DNA of 64,000 nucleotides from Candidatus Latescibacterota bacterium (GCA_965237525.1 CBDEFO010000008.1:1024001-1088000); one strand, 5' to 3'. Positions 9,659 through 20,625 are shown, numbered from the stretch's first letter. The notes: generated by a model not told the origin, from the sequence alone. A program made the numbers and translations.

Positions 9659-11200
9659 CTAAACAGGATATTTCACAATCAGATCGACTCTGTCCAGCAC
9701 GACCTGACCTTCTAAGTTTGGAGGCCGGGAGTGTATCGCGACCCCGACTTCGTTTGCCCCATTTCGCAGCACTCCGAGCGGCACCGGGTACTCCAACCAG
9801 GTGTACGCAACTGAGCTAATACCCTTTCCAGACAATGTAGCCTCCACCGGAGTGTAGTTGTGTGGTTCTCGCCGGCAAGTATCGTTGGATAGAGCCTGTC
9901 CATTCAGGCTGACCGTCAGCGAGTCGTGGGTTGTGGTGAATCTCAGCCGGACTCTCAAAATTGCGTCCACCTGCGCCGGGTCATCCGCGATGAAGAGGCG
10001 CACTGTCTGTCCAGGGACATCCTGCCCATTGATTAACAGCACGGGCAACTGAGCTGTGTAGTCGTGGCTGGCAGCGTCCTCTTTATGGCCCCTGACCACA
10101 TAGTGTTTCGTCTCTTGCGAAAGTAAGTGGGGGTCGTGAATCTCGGATAGCACCTTACGGTCGGGGGCAGCGATCGGCCAGTTGAACCAGGGTAGGTATA
10201 TGCCGTCGGCGCCCTTGCTCCAGTACGCAGCAGCTCCCGCGTGGTAGTGATCAGGGGTCGCCATCTCTTCCCCTACAGGCTCTCCGTCTCCTTCGGCCGG
10301 GCGCCCTATCTGTCGCTGAAGCGCGGAGAACACCTTACAGCTCGACCCGCGCGTCAGTTCGACGAGCCACTCGAACGGGAGATCCGCGTCCATCTGCTCG
10401 TCCACGTAATAGTTGGGCACCACAAAGTCCAGCAGACCCTCCTTCACCCACGTCTCAACGTCCATGCCAGCAGCCAGGTTGCCTGCGAGCGTCGGCAGAA
10501 CGCGCGCTCCAAACACGATAGGCCTATCGCGCCTCTTGGCCGTCTCGTCGATCATCCGCCTGTGCTCGCGCATATAATCAGTTAGGATCGGTGTGTTCTG
10601 TTCGACTTCGTCTTCCTCGAAGAAGTAAGGCCAGAAGTCCCAATCGATCTCGAAGCCATCTACATCGTACCTATTGACCGTTTCCTCGGCCAGAGCGAAT
10701 CTCTCGGCGCGCACTTCCGGGTACGCAAAGTTGAAGGCGTACTTCCCTTGTCCCTTCAGACACCACTCGGGATGGTCGATCTTAAACTGCCAGTTAAAGT
10801 AGTTGTCTACATCGTCCGGGGCCACCGAGTGTGTCTGGCGCAGGCTGGCGTAGAACTCCAACCCCTTTTCGTGCGCCCTTTCAATAAGCAGTTGCAGGAG
10901 ATCCACGCCGCGTTCTTTGAGGCTCATAATATTCTCATGTGCGCGCCAGGCCGGCAGCGTACCCCTATGAATGCCCGGCATGTCCTTGAATGTCTTGAGA
11001 TGCGAGCCAAAAACCTCACCTACCTCAGTAAGGTGGAACATGGCAGGTCCGGCGCCGAATCCGTAGACGAAGGTATCGACCTTTGTTCCGGCTATCTCAT
11101 CTACCGGCAACCTGGCGTCTTCCAAGCTTATCGGCGGCTCGAAGCAATACAGGTGATAGTGCCGAGCGTCGTTGTAAAACAGCAAGCGTCGTTTGCTCAT
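9659..11200 (-). CDS. putative glycoside hydrolase (GHL10/DUF187-like TIM barrel) with C-terminal beta domain
   Basis: YNDA N-terminus, ERAHEKGLEFYASLR, HPEW, FNFAYPEVR, YDVDGFEID, GADGIYL. Confidence 0.65.
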   Translation of the reverse strand: MSKRRLLFYNDARHYHLYCFEPPISLEDARLPVDEIAGTKVDTFVYGFGAGPAMFHLTEVGEVFGSHLKTFKDMPGIHRGTLPAWRAHENIMSLKERGVDLLQLLIERAHEKGLEFYASLRQTHSVAPDDVDNYFNWQFKIDHPEWCLKGQGKYAFNFAYPEVRAERFALAEETVNRYDVDGFEIDWDFWPYFFEEDEVEQNTPILTDYMREHRRMIDETAKRRDRPIVFGARVLPTLAGNLAAGMDVETWVKEGLLDFVVPNYYVDEQMDADLPFEWLVELTRGSSCKVFSALQRQIGRPAEGDGEPVGEEMATPDHYHAGAAAYWSKGADGIYLPWFNWPIAAPDRKVLSEIHDPHLLSQETKHYVVRGHKEDAASHDYTAQLPVLLINGQDVPGQTVRLFIADDPAQVDAILRVRLRFTTTHDSLTVSLNGQALSNDTCRREPHNYTPVEATLSGKGISSVAYTWLEYPVPLGVLRNGANEVGVAIHSRPPNLEGQVVLDRVDLIVKYPV

Positions 11201-11332
11201 TCGTCATCCTCTTAAAGGTTTGGCCTCCTGCTCTGCGGCTTTCTGAGATTCAGCTGCCTTCTAGCCAGCGCCGCTGGCGACAGACTCCACTCTTTTCTCC
11301 GCAACGCGGACAGAATCTTATCAAAACGATTT

Positions 11333-12874
11333 CTACACAGGATGTTTCACAATCAGAGCGACTCTGTCCAGCACGACCTGGCCTTCTAACTTTGGGGGCC
11401 GGGAGTGCATCGCGACCCCGACTTGGTTTGCACCATTCTGCAGCACGCCGCGAGGCACCGGGTACTCCAACCAGATGTACGCAACCGACGTGAGGCCCTT
11501 ACCAATCAATGGACCCTCCAACGGAGTGTAGTTGTGCGGTTCCCGACTGCAGGTGTCGTTGGATAGAGCCTGTCCATTCACGCTGACCGTCAGCGAGTCG
11601 TGGATTGTGGTGTATCTCAGCCGAACTTTGAGGGTGGTGTTCGCCTGCTCCGGGTCATCCGCGATGAAGAGCCGCACTGTCTGTCCGGGAGCGTCCTGCC
11701 CATTGATTAAGAGTACGGGCAACTGGGCTGTGTAGCCGCGGCTGGCAGCGTCCTCCTTGTGGCCCCTTATCACGTAGTGTTTGGTCTTTTCCGAAAGTAA
11801 CTCATCGTCGTGAATCTCGGAGAGCACCTGACGGTCGGGAGCATCTATCGGCCAGTTGAACCAGGCAAGGTATATGCCGTCGGCGCCCTTGCTCCAGTAC
11901 GCAGCGGCTGCTGCGTGGTAGTGGTCAGGGCTCGCCATCTGTTCCCCTACAGGCTCTCCATCTGGTTCGCGCGGGCGCCCTACGTTCCGCTGAAGCGCCG
12001 GGAACACCTTGCACTCCGTCCCGCGCGCCAGCTCTACGAGCCATTCGAACGGGAAATCCGCGTCCATCTGCTCGTCCACGTAGTAGTTGGGCACCACAAA
12101 GTCCAGCAGGCCCTCCTTCACCCACGACGCAACGTCTATCCCGATAGCTAGATTGCCTTCCAAGGTCGGGAGGACGCGCGAACCGAATACGATGGACCTA
12201 CCGCGCCCCTTGGCCGCCTCGTCGATCATCCGTCTGTGCTCGCGCATGTACTCTGTGAGGATCGGTGTGTTCTGTTCGACTTCGTCTTCCTCGAAGAAGT
12301 ACGGCAAGGAGAGCCAGTCCATTTCAAAGCCGTCAACATCGTACCTATTGACCGTTTCCTCGGCCAGGGCGAATCGCTCGGCCCGGACTTCCGGGTACGC
12401 AAAGTTGAAGGCGTACTTCCCCCTCCCTTTCAGACACAACTCGGGATGGTCGATCTTGAACTGGGAACCGAAGTAGTTGTCCACTTCCTCGGGAGGAGCA
12501 CCAGAGGTCTGCCGCAGGCTGGCGTAGAACTCTAACCCCTTCTCGTGCGCCCTTTCAATGAGCAACTGGAGGAGGTTCACGCCGCGCTCTTTGAGGCTCA
12601 TAACGTTCTCGTACGCGCGCCAGGCCGGGAGCGTGCCACAATGAAGTCCCGGCATGTCCTTGAACGCCTTGAGATGCGAGCCAAAGACCTCACCTACGTC
12701 AGTAAGGTGGAACATGGCAGGCCCCTTTCCCAACCCATACACGAGGGTGTCTACCTTCGTCCCGGCTATCTCATCGACCGGCAACCTGGCGTCTTCGAGG
12801 CTGATGGGCGGCTCGAAGCAATACAGATGGGTGTGGCAAGCATCGTTGCAAAACAGCAAACGTCCTTTATTCAT
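11333..12874 (-). CDS. putative glycoside hydrolase, tandem paralog of 9659..11200
   Basis: Same length (513 aa), colinear, highly similar. Confidence 0.65.
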   Translation of the reverse strand: MNKGRLLFCNDACHTHLYCFEPPISLEDARLPVDEIAGTKVDTLVYGLGKGPAMFHLTDVGEVFGSHLKAFKDMPGLHCGTLPAWRAYENVMSLKERGVNLLQLLIERAHEKGLEFYASLRQTSGAPPEEVDNYFGSQFKIDHPELCLKGRGKYAFNFAYPEVRAERFALAEETVNRYDVDGFEMDWLSLPYFFEEDEVEQNTPILTEYMREHRRMIDEAAKGRGRSIVFGSRVLPTLEGNLAIGIDVASWVKEGLLDFVVPNYYVDEQMDADFPFEWLVELARGTECKVFPALQRNVGRPREPDGEPVGEQMASPDHYHAAAAAYWSKGADGIYLAWFNWPIDAPDRQVLSEIHDDELLSEKTKHYVIRGHKEDAASRGYTAQLPVLLINGQDAPGQTVRLFIADDPEQANTTLKVRLRYTTIHDSLTVSVNGQALSNDTCSREPHNYTPLEGPLIGKGLTSVAYIWLEYPVPRGVLQNGANQVGVAMHSRPPKLEGQVVLDRVALIVKHPV

Positions 12875-13387
12875 TCGTCATTATCCTTGAGGCTGTGCCT
12901 CCTTTTTTCTGGTGTTCCATGGTTCGACTACCTTCTACCCAATCAGCTCAGAACGTACAGCTCCAGTATGTGGTTTTTGTTTTAGTACTTGCTAAAGTAA
13001 AGTCAGGGCCTACTTTTGAAATTCTATGTGTAGGCTATATCCCAAATGGAGAATACAAAGGCAAAGTGAAGCTGAATCAGCAAATAAGATACGAAAGGAA
13101 ACAGTGGATGTCAATAGGAATTCTTACTGATCGCGAAAAGCTAACAAGGAACCCATATCCTCCGAGTGCTCCGATCCTTGGCTGACCTCGCACATAAGGA
13201 GGAAACACTGTCCTACCTGCTGGAATAATCTTCTTGACTATCATCCCCAAGTGAATCTATCGGGGAGAGGTTCTATCTGTTTCCTTCTGTCAAAGCGGCG
13301 ATTGTGAAAGTTTCCAAGCGATACCAGTACTGTCCGCTGAAATTTTGATATTTACCGGAACTCAGATAATCTTATCCAGTAAAAAGC

Positions 13388-13416
13388 TTGACGGAGCGGA
13401 TACACGTTAGTATCTT
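13388..13416 (+). promoter_or_regulatory. sigma70-type promoter
   Basis: TTGACG-N17-TATCTT upstream of the DHDPS-family pseudogene. Confidence 0.5.
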
Positions 13417-13490
13417 TGGGGTCAACGTGTAGACGATTCTTCTCGGAGGATTCGCTTGCTCGTCGCAATCAATATAAAAGGGAGAACTTC

Positions 13491-14447
13491 ATGAGTGCAG
13501 TACGTAAGAGTTAGCTCGTCGGACCCGTAATTGCAATTCGCACTTATCGGACCGATGACGGCAAGCTGGACCTGGCGAAACAGCGGAGGCAACTGCGCTG
13601 GATGATCGATCAGGGTATCAACGAGGGGAACGGGATCATCATGGGCGCCGGCGGGGCCGCGAGGGCTAGTTTATGAGCTATCGCGAGTGGAAGGCCACCG
13701 TGGACTTGACGGCAGAGGAGTGCAAGGGGCGTGTTCCGAGCGTCGCCGGCATCTTCGAACTGTCGCCGTCACAGGCTGCGAAGAAGGCCTCCTACTGTGA
13801 GTAGATCGCATCGACTTTGTGCAAGTGTCGCCCCCACACTACATGGTTCCGATCGTCAACGAGGTGTTCTACCACTGCAAGACTATCAACGACGCTGCCG
13901 ACCTGGGAATCATGTGCTACAACACACCCTGGTAGATGCCGAAGCGCAGCTACGAATTCACGCCGCCCCTCTTTGAGCGCCTCACAGGTCTGGAAAATGT
14001 CGGAGGGGTGAAGTGGTCCTCGCACGACATGAGGAACTGCGTCACCTGCCTGAGGCTCTTCGCCGAAGAGTTTAAGTTTATCAACAACCAGCCGCACTTT
14101 GTGCTCTCACTTCCCATCAAATTAGGAATGACCGGCTTCATCAACGCTCACGGAAACTGCGCTCCTCGACTGGTCCACCACATCTGGGATCTGTGGAGAA
14201 ACAGGAAATACGATGAGCTTATACTCAAGATGTACGTTGACCCGCAGCTTCAGGGCCACATGCCTGAGGAGGTTCAGTGGAGAGGGATGGGAGAGGGCCC
14301 GCTCGCCCGATTGGTGATGGGCGATGGGCATGTAAGACGGGTCCATCCTTCCCAGCGCAACAGCCGCTCTCCGAGGAGTTCAAGAGGAATTTAGTAGAAA
14401 GCTTCAACCGAAGCGGCATCGCTGAGTGGGTGGACTGGAAGGAGTAA
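13491..14447 (+). pseudogene. dihydrodipicolinate synthase (DHDPS/DapA) family pseudogene
   Basis: Reads MSAVRKS*LVGPVIA...DGKLDL...KGRVPSVAG...SPPHY...IMCYNTPW*...GGVKWS across frames; four TAG stops plus frameshifts. Confidence 0.8.
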
Positions 14448-14553
14448 CCGTACAGTAGACAGAATGTAGGGTCAGCGCTCCCTGCGCTTAGGGTTAAGGG
14501 GCCTCGCCCCTATAAATATGAAAACACGAGCGTAACCTCACCCCTACGAAAAT

Positions 14554-15645
14554 ATGTCATGTTGTGAAGAGGAGACCCGAATAATGTTGATCGTTGACAG
14601 TCATTTAGACCTGGCTCACAATGCTTTGGAATGGGACCGGGACCTGACGAAGCCTGTGGCCGAAATCCGAAAGGACGAAGCCGGTATGAGCGGGAAGGCG
14701 CGCGGGCAGGGGACCGTTGCATACCCGGAATTGCGGGTAGGTAAAGTCGGACTCTTTTTCTGCACCGTGCACTGCCGACTGGCTTCCTGCGAAGGAAAAT
14801 TTGCTGGCGTTAGAACACAGGACATTGCCTACGCCAAAGCACAGGCAGAGGCCGCATACTACAGATTGATGGAGCAGAAGGGCATCCTCAGGAAGGTGGT
14901 GGATCGAGAGAGCCTCGACGCCCATCTAGAAGATTGGGAGCGCAATCCTGACGGGACGCCTTTCGGATACGTGCTCAGTATGGAAGGAGCCGATCCTATC
15001 GTAAGCCCCGACCAAGTTCCCGAATGGTGGGACATAGGCCTTCGCATCGTAAGTCTAGTGCACTACGGTGTCAGCACCTACGCTCACGGAACCCAGACAG
15101 AAGGAGGACTACTGCCTGCGGCCCGTGCGCTCCTGGAGGCTATGGAGGAAGTGGGAATGATCCTGGATCTGACGCACACATCGGAAGGCAGCTTCTGGGA
15201 GGAGCTGGACACTTTCAACGGCCCGGTCATAGCTACCCACAACTGCTGTCGGGCGCTTGTACCCCACGACAGGCAGTTTACCGACGAACAGATCAGAGCT
15301 ATCATCCAGTGTGACGGTGTTATCGGTGTGGCTTTGGACGACTGGATGCTGGATCCCCTCTTTGACCCTGAAAATGCCGACAATTCCCGCGTGACGTTAT
15401 CTACTGTCGTGGATCACATTGACCACATCTGTCAATTGGCGGGCAACGCTAATCACGCCGCCATCGGCAGTGACCTGGACGGCGGATACGGCAAGGAGCA
15501 ATCCCCCTACGACCTCGACACCATTGCGGACTTTCAAAATATACCGAAGATCCTTGAGGATCGAGGCCACAGCGAGGGTCACATTTCCAATATCTGTCAC
15601 GGGAACTGGATCCGACTGCTTCGGCGGGTCTGGGACTCTGATTGA
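14554..15645 (+). CDS. membrane dipeptidase (M19) family protein
   Basis: VDSHLD, SMEGAD, LDLTH, ATHN, DHIDH, IGSDLDG; true start may be ATG at 14585. Confidence 0.88.
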   Translation: MSCCEEETRIMLIVDSHLDLAHNALEWDRDLTKPVAEIRKDEAGMSGKARGQGTVAYPELRVGKVGLFFCTVHCRLASCEGKFAGVRTQDIAYAKAQAEAAYYRLMEQKGILRKVVDRESLDAHLEDWERNPDGTPFGYVLSMEGADPIVSPDQVPEWWDIGLRIVSLVHYGVSTYAHGTQTEGGLLPAARALLEAMEEVGMILDLTHTSEGSFWEELDTFNGPVIATHNCCRALVPHDRQFTDEQIRAIIQCDGVIGVALDDWMLDPLFDPENADNSRVTLSTVVDHIDHICQLAGNANHAAIGSDLDGGYGKEQSPYDLDTIADFQNIPKILEDRGHSEGHISNICHGNWIRLLRRVWDSD

Positions 15646-15682
15646 TATTTTATGATAATTTTACAACTGGTTATCCTCAATG

Positions 15683-15731
15683 TAGGGGCATGGTTACCCT
15701 GCCCCTGGGGCGAGGAGACCTCGCCCCTACA
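15683..15731. repeat. GTAG-type REP-like palindrome
   Basis: tgtaggggc...ggggcgaggagacctcgcccctaca; related copies near 14466-14547, 33948-33975 and 58249-58290. Confidence 0.6.
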
Positions 15732-15759
15732 TATTGATTAACATAAGGAGACTGTAATT

Positions 15760-17043
15760 ATGGCGACAGACCTTCACTATCACATACAGAATACACCTCT
15801 GTGCGATACGCACGAGCATTTAAGTTTGGAGGACGAATGGGTTCAAAATGGACCAGACATTCTCCAAGATCTCTTCGGAAACTACGTGCCCGCCGATTTA
15901 GTTGTTGCCGGCGCCAGTCAGGAGGTGGTGGATAAGCTTCAGGATGGTTCAGACCCCGATATAAAGGGACGCTTTATGGGCATCCAGAAGGCTTGGGAAG
16001 CGACCCAACATACTGGGTACGGCGAGGCGGTGAGACTGATCGCAGAGCACATTTATGGTCTATCGGAGATTACTCCCGCAGGGCTTGAGCAAGCTCAGAG
16101 CAAACTTGTACAACTTCGCCGTCCCGGGGAGCGACTTCGCCTTCTGCGAGACGTCGGTAAATTAGACCACGTCCAGATCGACAATTTCAACTGGCCCTGT
16201 CCCCCGGACGCATCGGGCCCGGATTTCTTCCTCTACGATATATCGTGGCGGGGATTCTGCAACGGAGACCTTAAGCTTGAGGAACTGGCTGAAGAGACCG
16301 GGGTCACGGTGGAAAATATAAGAGATCTGGATGAGGCTATGGCGGCGATATTCGAAAAGTACAGCTCTTACGCCATAGCGGTCAAGGCTCAGCATGCGTA
16401 CAACCGAACGCTGTTGTGGAGCGAGAGGAGCGACGAGGAAGCTGCCTCTGTGCTCGAAAAGGTTTTGAAAGGTTCTGAGCTATTGGAGGAGGATCGTCTA
16501 TGTTTAGGTGACTGGTGTTGGGCGCGTGGCGTTGAACTTGCAATCCAGCACAACCTGCCCTTCAAGTTGCACACCGGATACTATGCCGGATATGGACGCA
16601 TGCCGATAGATCGTATCAAGGGAGGCAACCTGTGCGGCATTCTGGCCCAATATCCCGAAGCTCGGTTTGTGCTTATGCATATTGCCTATCCCTACAACGA
16701 CGAATTGGTCGCTCTGGCCAAGCACTATCCCAACGTTTACGCAGATATCTGCTGGACATGGGCTATCAACCCTTACGCCTCGTACGACTTCGTGCGGAAG
16801 TTCATCCACGCCGTGCCTTCCAACAAGCTCTTCGCCTTCGGAGGGGACACGGTATGGCCCACAAGCTCTGTGGCTTACGCTGTGCAGGCGCGAAAGTGGC
16901 TGACCAGGGCGCTAGAGGCAGAAGTGAGCGAAGGGGATCTGACAGAAAAGCAGGCTATGTATCTGGCGACGCGCTTTATGCGCTCAAACCAGATGGATTG
17001 CTTCGATCTGGAGGGCACAAAAGCTGCGCTCCGTGCAGCTTGA
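15760..17043 (+). CDS. amidohydrolase family protein
   Basis: DTHEH, KLHTG, LMHIAYPY, ADICW, FAFGGD. Confidence 0.82.
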   Translation: MATDLHYHIQNTPLCDTHEHLSLEDEWVQNGPDILQDLFGNYVPADLVVAGASQEVVDKLQDGSDPDIKGRFMGIQKAWEATQHTGYGEAVRLIAEHIYGLSEITPAGLEQAQSKLVQLRRPGERLRLLRDVGKLDHVQIDNFNWPCPPDASGPDFFLYDISWRGFCNGDLKLEELAEETGVTVENIRDLDEAMAAIFEKYSSYAIAVKAQHAYNRTLLWSERSDEEAASVLEKVLKGSELLEEDRLCLGDWCWARGVELAIQHNLPFKLHTGYYAGYGRMPIDRIKGGNLCGILAQYPEARFVLMHIAYPYNDELVALAKHYPNVYADICWTWAINPYASYDFVRKFIHAVPSNKLFAFGGDTVWPTSSVAYAVQARKWLTRALEAEVSEGDLTEKQAMYLATRFMRSNQMDCFDLEGTKAALRAA

Positions 17044-17221
17044 TACTATCCCGGGAAATAGTAGTCAGGAGACAGGCGGCACCACCTCCCAGCTTTGGGA
17101 GTACCTTGAGGGCAAAGCTCCTCGGAATGAACTAAGGCAGAGGGAAGCACCGTCATCGCGAGCGACCCCCGATTGAATCTATCGGGGGGAAGCAATCTCC
17201 CTGTTTGCTGTTTACTTGTTT

Positions 17222-18130
17222 TCAGCTTCTGGCCTCCACCCCCGCCTGCCTTTCGTAGGCCTTAATCAGGGCCTGTGTGCCGTCATCTCCAAATCCCGCG
17301 CCTTCGACGATATTAAACGCCTGGTGAGCCAGACTGACACCCGGAAGAGACAATCCCAGTTCGTTTGCCGCCTCTATTACGAGTTTGAGGTCTTTCTGCT
17401 GAAGCTTGACCATAAATCCCGGATCGAAGTCCCCTTTTAGCACCCTTGGCGCTAGGTTGGTCATCTGCCACGACCCGGCGGCGCCTCCTGAGATTGCAGC
17501 CAACATATTGTCCAGATTGAGATCCGCCTTGGCTCCGAGCATAAGGGCTTCCGCGGTGGCTAAATTTGTCACGGAGACCGCTATCTGGTTGCAGAGTTTG
17601 GTCATCTGACCTGCACCGTGATCCCCTATCAGCGTAATCTTACTGCCCATAACTTCAAGCACGGGAAGGCACTCGTTGAAGACATCCTCTGCCCCACCTA
17701 ACATGATGGAGAGTGTCCCTTCGATAGCCCCTTTGTCCCCTCCGCTTACTGGCGCGTCGAGCATATTTACGCCCTTTTCAAGGAGGGCCTCTGCCATCTC
17801 CTGAGTCGCCTTCGGTGATATGGTGCTCATATCTATGACTACAGATCCGCTTTCGGCTCCTTCTATTGCTCCATTTTCTCCTAAGATCACCTCCTGAACA
17901 TCGGGCGTGTCGGTTACCATCGTGATGGTTATGTCCGATCCTTCGGCCGCCTCCTTGGGGCTTGAGACCCGTGTGGCTCCCAGCTTGACTACCTCCTTTA
18001 CTATGGCTCTATCGCTCCTGTTGAAGACTTTAAGCTCGTATCCCGCATTAACGAGGTTTCTGGACATCGGTCCGCCCATAATTCCAAGTCCTATGAATCC
18101 TATCTTAGTCTTTCCGGGTTCCGCTGGCAT
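17222..18130 (-). CDS. NAD(P)-dependent 2-hydroxy-3-oxopropionate reductase / 3-hydroxyisobutyrate dehydrogenase family
   Basis: GFIGLGIMG, DMSTISP, DAPVSGG, KLCNQ, KDL. Confidence 0.9.
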   Translation of the reverse strand: MPAEPGKTKIGFIGLGIMGGPMSRNLVNAGYELKVFNRSDRAIVKEVVKLGATRVSSPKEAAEGSDITITMVTDTPDVQEVILGENGAIEGAESGSVVIDMSTISPKATQEMAEALLEKGVNMLDAPVSGGDKGAIEGTLSIMLGGAEDVFNECLPVLEVMGSKITLIGDHGAGQMTKLCNQIAVSVTNLATAEALMLGAKADLNLDNMLAAISGGAAGSWQMTNLAPRVLKGDFDPGFMVKLQQKDLKLVIEAANELGLSLPGVSLAHQAFNIVEGAGFGDDGTQALIKAYERQAGVEARS

Positions 18131-18551
18131 TAGGTCCCTCCTTCCAAAATGAGCAGACAGTAGAAAGGGTACTGCCTATCTTCCCTAAGCGCTGTCTACT
18201 TGTTCTATCCGTCCTTCAATTGGACACGGTACAATCTCCTATCAGTTCGATTTGTCCGACTTAGAAGATACCTTTGAAATATATTCAGTATGTAGTCAAA
18301 GTCAATTGAAAAGTATCCGTTGTGATTTGGAAAAGTTATACTTGCTTCACCTTTTCGGTCATCAGGCAGCGTTGAAGCTTCCAAATAAGCAAGTCAAATC
18401 AAGGGCAGGCGAGTCATCCCACCCTTGGGTCGAGCAGACCTCATCCCTACGAATTCACACGCTAGAGTACATCGTAACCTGTATGCAAACTAGTACAACT
18501 TGGACCTGATCCGATTCAGAGTCAAGAGCATCGGTAAATAGTTTGAAGAGA

Positions 18552-19682
18552 TCAAATGTCGGGTAAGGGCACATGGTATCCACCCTTGATAAAGATAGAG
18601 AGAAGAGAGTCAAGGATCAAGACTGGGAAGTTAAAAAGTTGAGGGTCGAGGTTTTCTGTGGGTGTATGTTCGGTTGCTATGTGCAGAGGGGTTTTGGATT
18701 CTTTGTAGCTATTATGTCTTTGGGTATTGAACAACCATTGATAGGTTTGGAGTTTCCGGCAGAGGTTGGCACGGTTGGTAGTCTTGATGGTGTCGTAGAA
18801 TTCATATTCGATTAGGCCGTGGGCGCGTTCTACATCGGATTGGTATGTAGTAGCCCCTGGTGGGATGCGTTTATGTTTTACGCCTCTTTGTTGGATGAGG
18901 TCGGTAAAGAGGGTCTTTTTGAGGGCATCCTTTGTATTGACGAATTGGCTGCCGTTGTCGGTTTGGATCTTTCGTGGATAGACCTTGTGGTCTTCCAGGT
19001 GTTGGAGTAATGCTTCGGCCAAGATGCAGGAGTTGATCAGGCTCTGTTCGTCTGCCAGGCTTACAAAAAGACCGCCTGTCTTGATATCTCTGGCAGTATA
19101 CTCAAACATAGGGAGTTGGGCACCTGTCTTGTAGTGTTGTTTCAGGTAGTTGGGGATATCGCACAGGTGTTTGACATCGATCTGGATATGTTCAAAGGGG
19201 CGTAGTTTCTTTTTCCACTGGCAGACAAGTTTCATTCTCTTCCATTTTCGCCTGCGTTTCTTTATGAGATTGTGTTTTTTCCAGATAGCATAGGCAGTCT
19301 GTTTGGAAGGAATTTGATCAGTTGGAACATTTTGTTTTTGGAGAAAACCCAATAGATACGGATATCCCAAAGAAGGATGGGTCTGTCGGAACTTTACAAT
19401 CAGCTTTCTGATCTCCTCCGGTAACAAACAGTGAGGGTTTATGGGTGCTTTCGTATGATTTTCTAGACTCTTTATGGATCGGTCTTCAAGATAACGTTTC
19501 AGCCATTTTCTTATGCTCTTGCGTGTTGTATTAAAAGCCCTTGCAGCATACGAGACACCGTATAGCTGAGCAGTCTGAACCATCTTGATATGAAGATCAA
19601 CAGGATTAGGATTAAGAACAAGAACATCACTGTAACTGATAGCATTCTCCATGGTATCTACCCTCCTTTTTTCAGTCCTCAC
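18552..19682 (-). CDS. DDE integrase-core transposase (IS481-like)
   Basis: N-terminal HTH (AARAFNTTRKSIRKW), QIDVK, QTDNGSQF, QSDVERAH. Confidence 0.85.
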   Translation of the reverse strand: MRTEKRRVDTMENAISYSDVLVLNPNPVDLHIKMVQTAQLYGVSYAARAFNTTRKSIRKWLKRYLEDRSIKSLENHTKAPINPHCLLPEEIRKLIVKFRQTHPSLGYPYLLGFLQKQNVPTDQIPSKQTAYAIWKKHNLIKKRRRKWKRMKLVCQWKKKLRPFEHIQIDVKHLCDIPNYLKQHYKTGAQLPMFEYTARDIKTGGLFVSLADEQSLINSCILAEALLQHLEDHKVYPRKIQTDNGSQFVNTKDALKKTLFTDLIQQRGVKHKRIPPGATTYQSDVERAHGLIEYEFYDTIKTTNRANLCRKLQTYQWLFNTQRHNSYKESKTPLHIATEHTPTENLDPQLFNFPVLILDSLLSIFIKGGYHVPLPDI

Positions 19683-19738
19683 CTAAATATAGGCAAAATT
19701 ATCCCGTGAGAGTGGATACCATGTGTCTTTACTCTTCT
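18557..19738 (-). mobile_element. IS481-like insertion sequence
   Basis: Imperfect terminal IRs with a 14-bp perfect core: TGTCGGGTAAGGGCACATGGTATCCAC (18557-18583) vs GTGGATACCATGTGTCTTTAC... (19712-19738); lower GC; no TSD seen. Confidence 0.75.
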
Positions 19739-19756
19739 CTCCAGTTTATTTTGCTG

Positions 19757-19785
19757 TTGACAACCAGCACAGGATCAATTATATT
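19757..19785 (+). promoter_or_regulatory. sigma70-type promoter
   Basis: TTGACA-N17-TATATT. Confidence 0.6.
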
Positions 19786-19878
19786 CCAACAGCTACGATA
19801 ATGAGATTTGAACGCGAGGTTTCCCATCCATCTATTTTAAGGCAGGTTGCATCCAGAAAATAGAGAGGAGATTCTATT

Positions 19879-20301
19879 ATGGGTTGCTACAACTCTGCCG
19901 TCGTCAATGCGCCTGTAGAAAAGGTATGGGCAGCACTTCGAGATTTCCACAATATGTCAGTTTTTCCCAATGTTGTAGAGAAGCTTGACATCGTGGGCGA
20001 TGCGCCTGGCACGCAGATAGGCGCGAAAAGAGTCTTGAACGGTGTTATTCATGAGACCTTGCTTGCCCTTGAGGAACAGGCTCGAGTAGTACGATATAGC
20101 ATTGATGATGGGCCAGAGGCCGTGTCCAAAGACAATGTAGTTGGCTATATCGGAGAAATCAGAGTATTTCCCGTGACGGACGAAGAGGCCACCTTTGTCC
20201 TTTGGACATCGAGTTGGGAAAGTAGTGGCGGCGGTGTTGCGGAATTTTGTAATCCTATATATAAGGCCCTGTTGTCTGATCTGAAGTCCGCTTTTTCCTG
20301 A
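19879..20301 (+). CDS. SRPBCC (polyketide cyclase/START) family protein
   Basis: VNAPVEKVWAALRDF, GAKR, ETLL, RYSI pattern; strong RBS. Confidence 0.85.
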   Translation: MGCYNSAVVNAPVEKVWAALRDFHNMSVFPNVVEKLDIVGDAPGTQIGAKRVLNGVIHETLLALEEQARVVRYSIDDGPEAVSKDNVVGYIGEIRVFPVTDEEATFVLWTSSWESSGGGVAEFCNPIYKALLSDLKSAFS

Positions 20302-20536
20302 ATCAAGATCATATTCCTTTTCATCCGGGGCGAGCACCCGTCGTGCCTTACTGAATCGACAAGAAACCGGCGGAAATCTGAACAGCATACGACAAGTCTT
20401 CTCCTGTTGGTCACTTGGCAGAGCGGGTGGCCGTTAACCCACGGTGCCGCTATCGCTTCGGACTACGCTCATTACTAGGTGCCAAGCCTCGATGCAAGCT
20501 CATCGACAACATTGAGATTGCTTCGCCTACTACCTC

Positions 20537-20625
20537 GTGGCTTGTTGCCTCCCCAGCAAAGCGACAGTGTCTCTCGTTTCGTGGCTTGTTGCCTCCCCCA
20601 GCAAAGCGATAGTGTCTCTCGTTTC
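20537..20625. repeat. 44/45-bp tandem duplication
   Basis: gtggcttgttgcctcccc(c)agcaaagcga(c/t)agtgtctctcgtttc x2. Confidence 0.9.

Noticed and set aside
13491..14447. Amber recoding, since all four internal stops noticed are TAG
   Set aside because: The gene also has frameshifts, and intact genes here (e.g. 9659, 11333, 29800) end in TAG.
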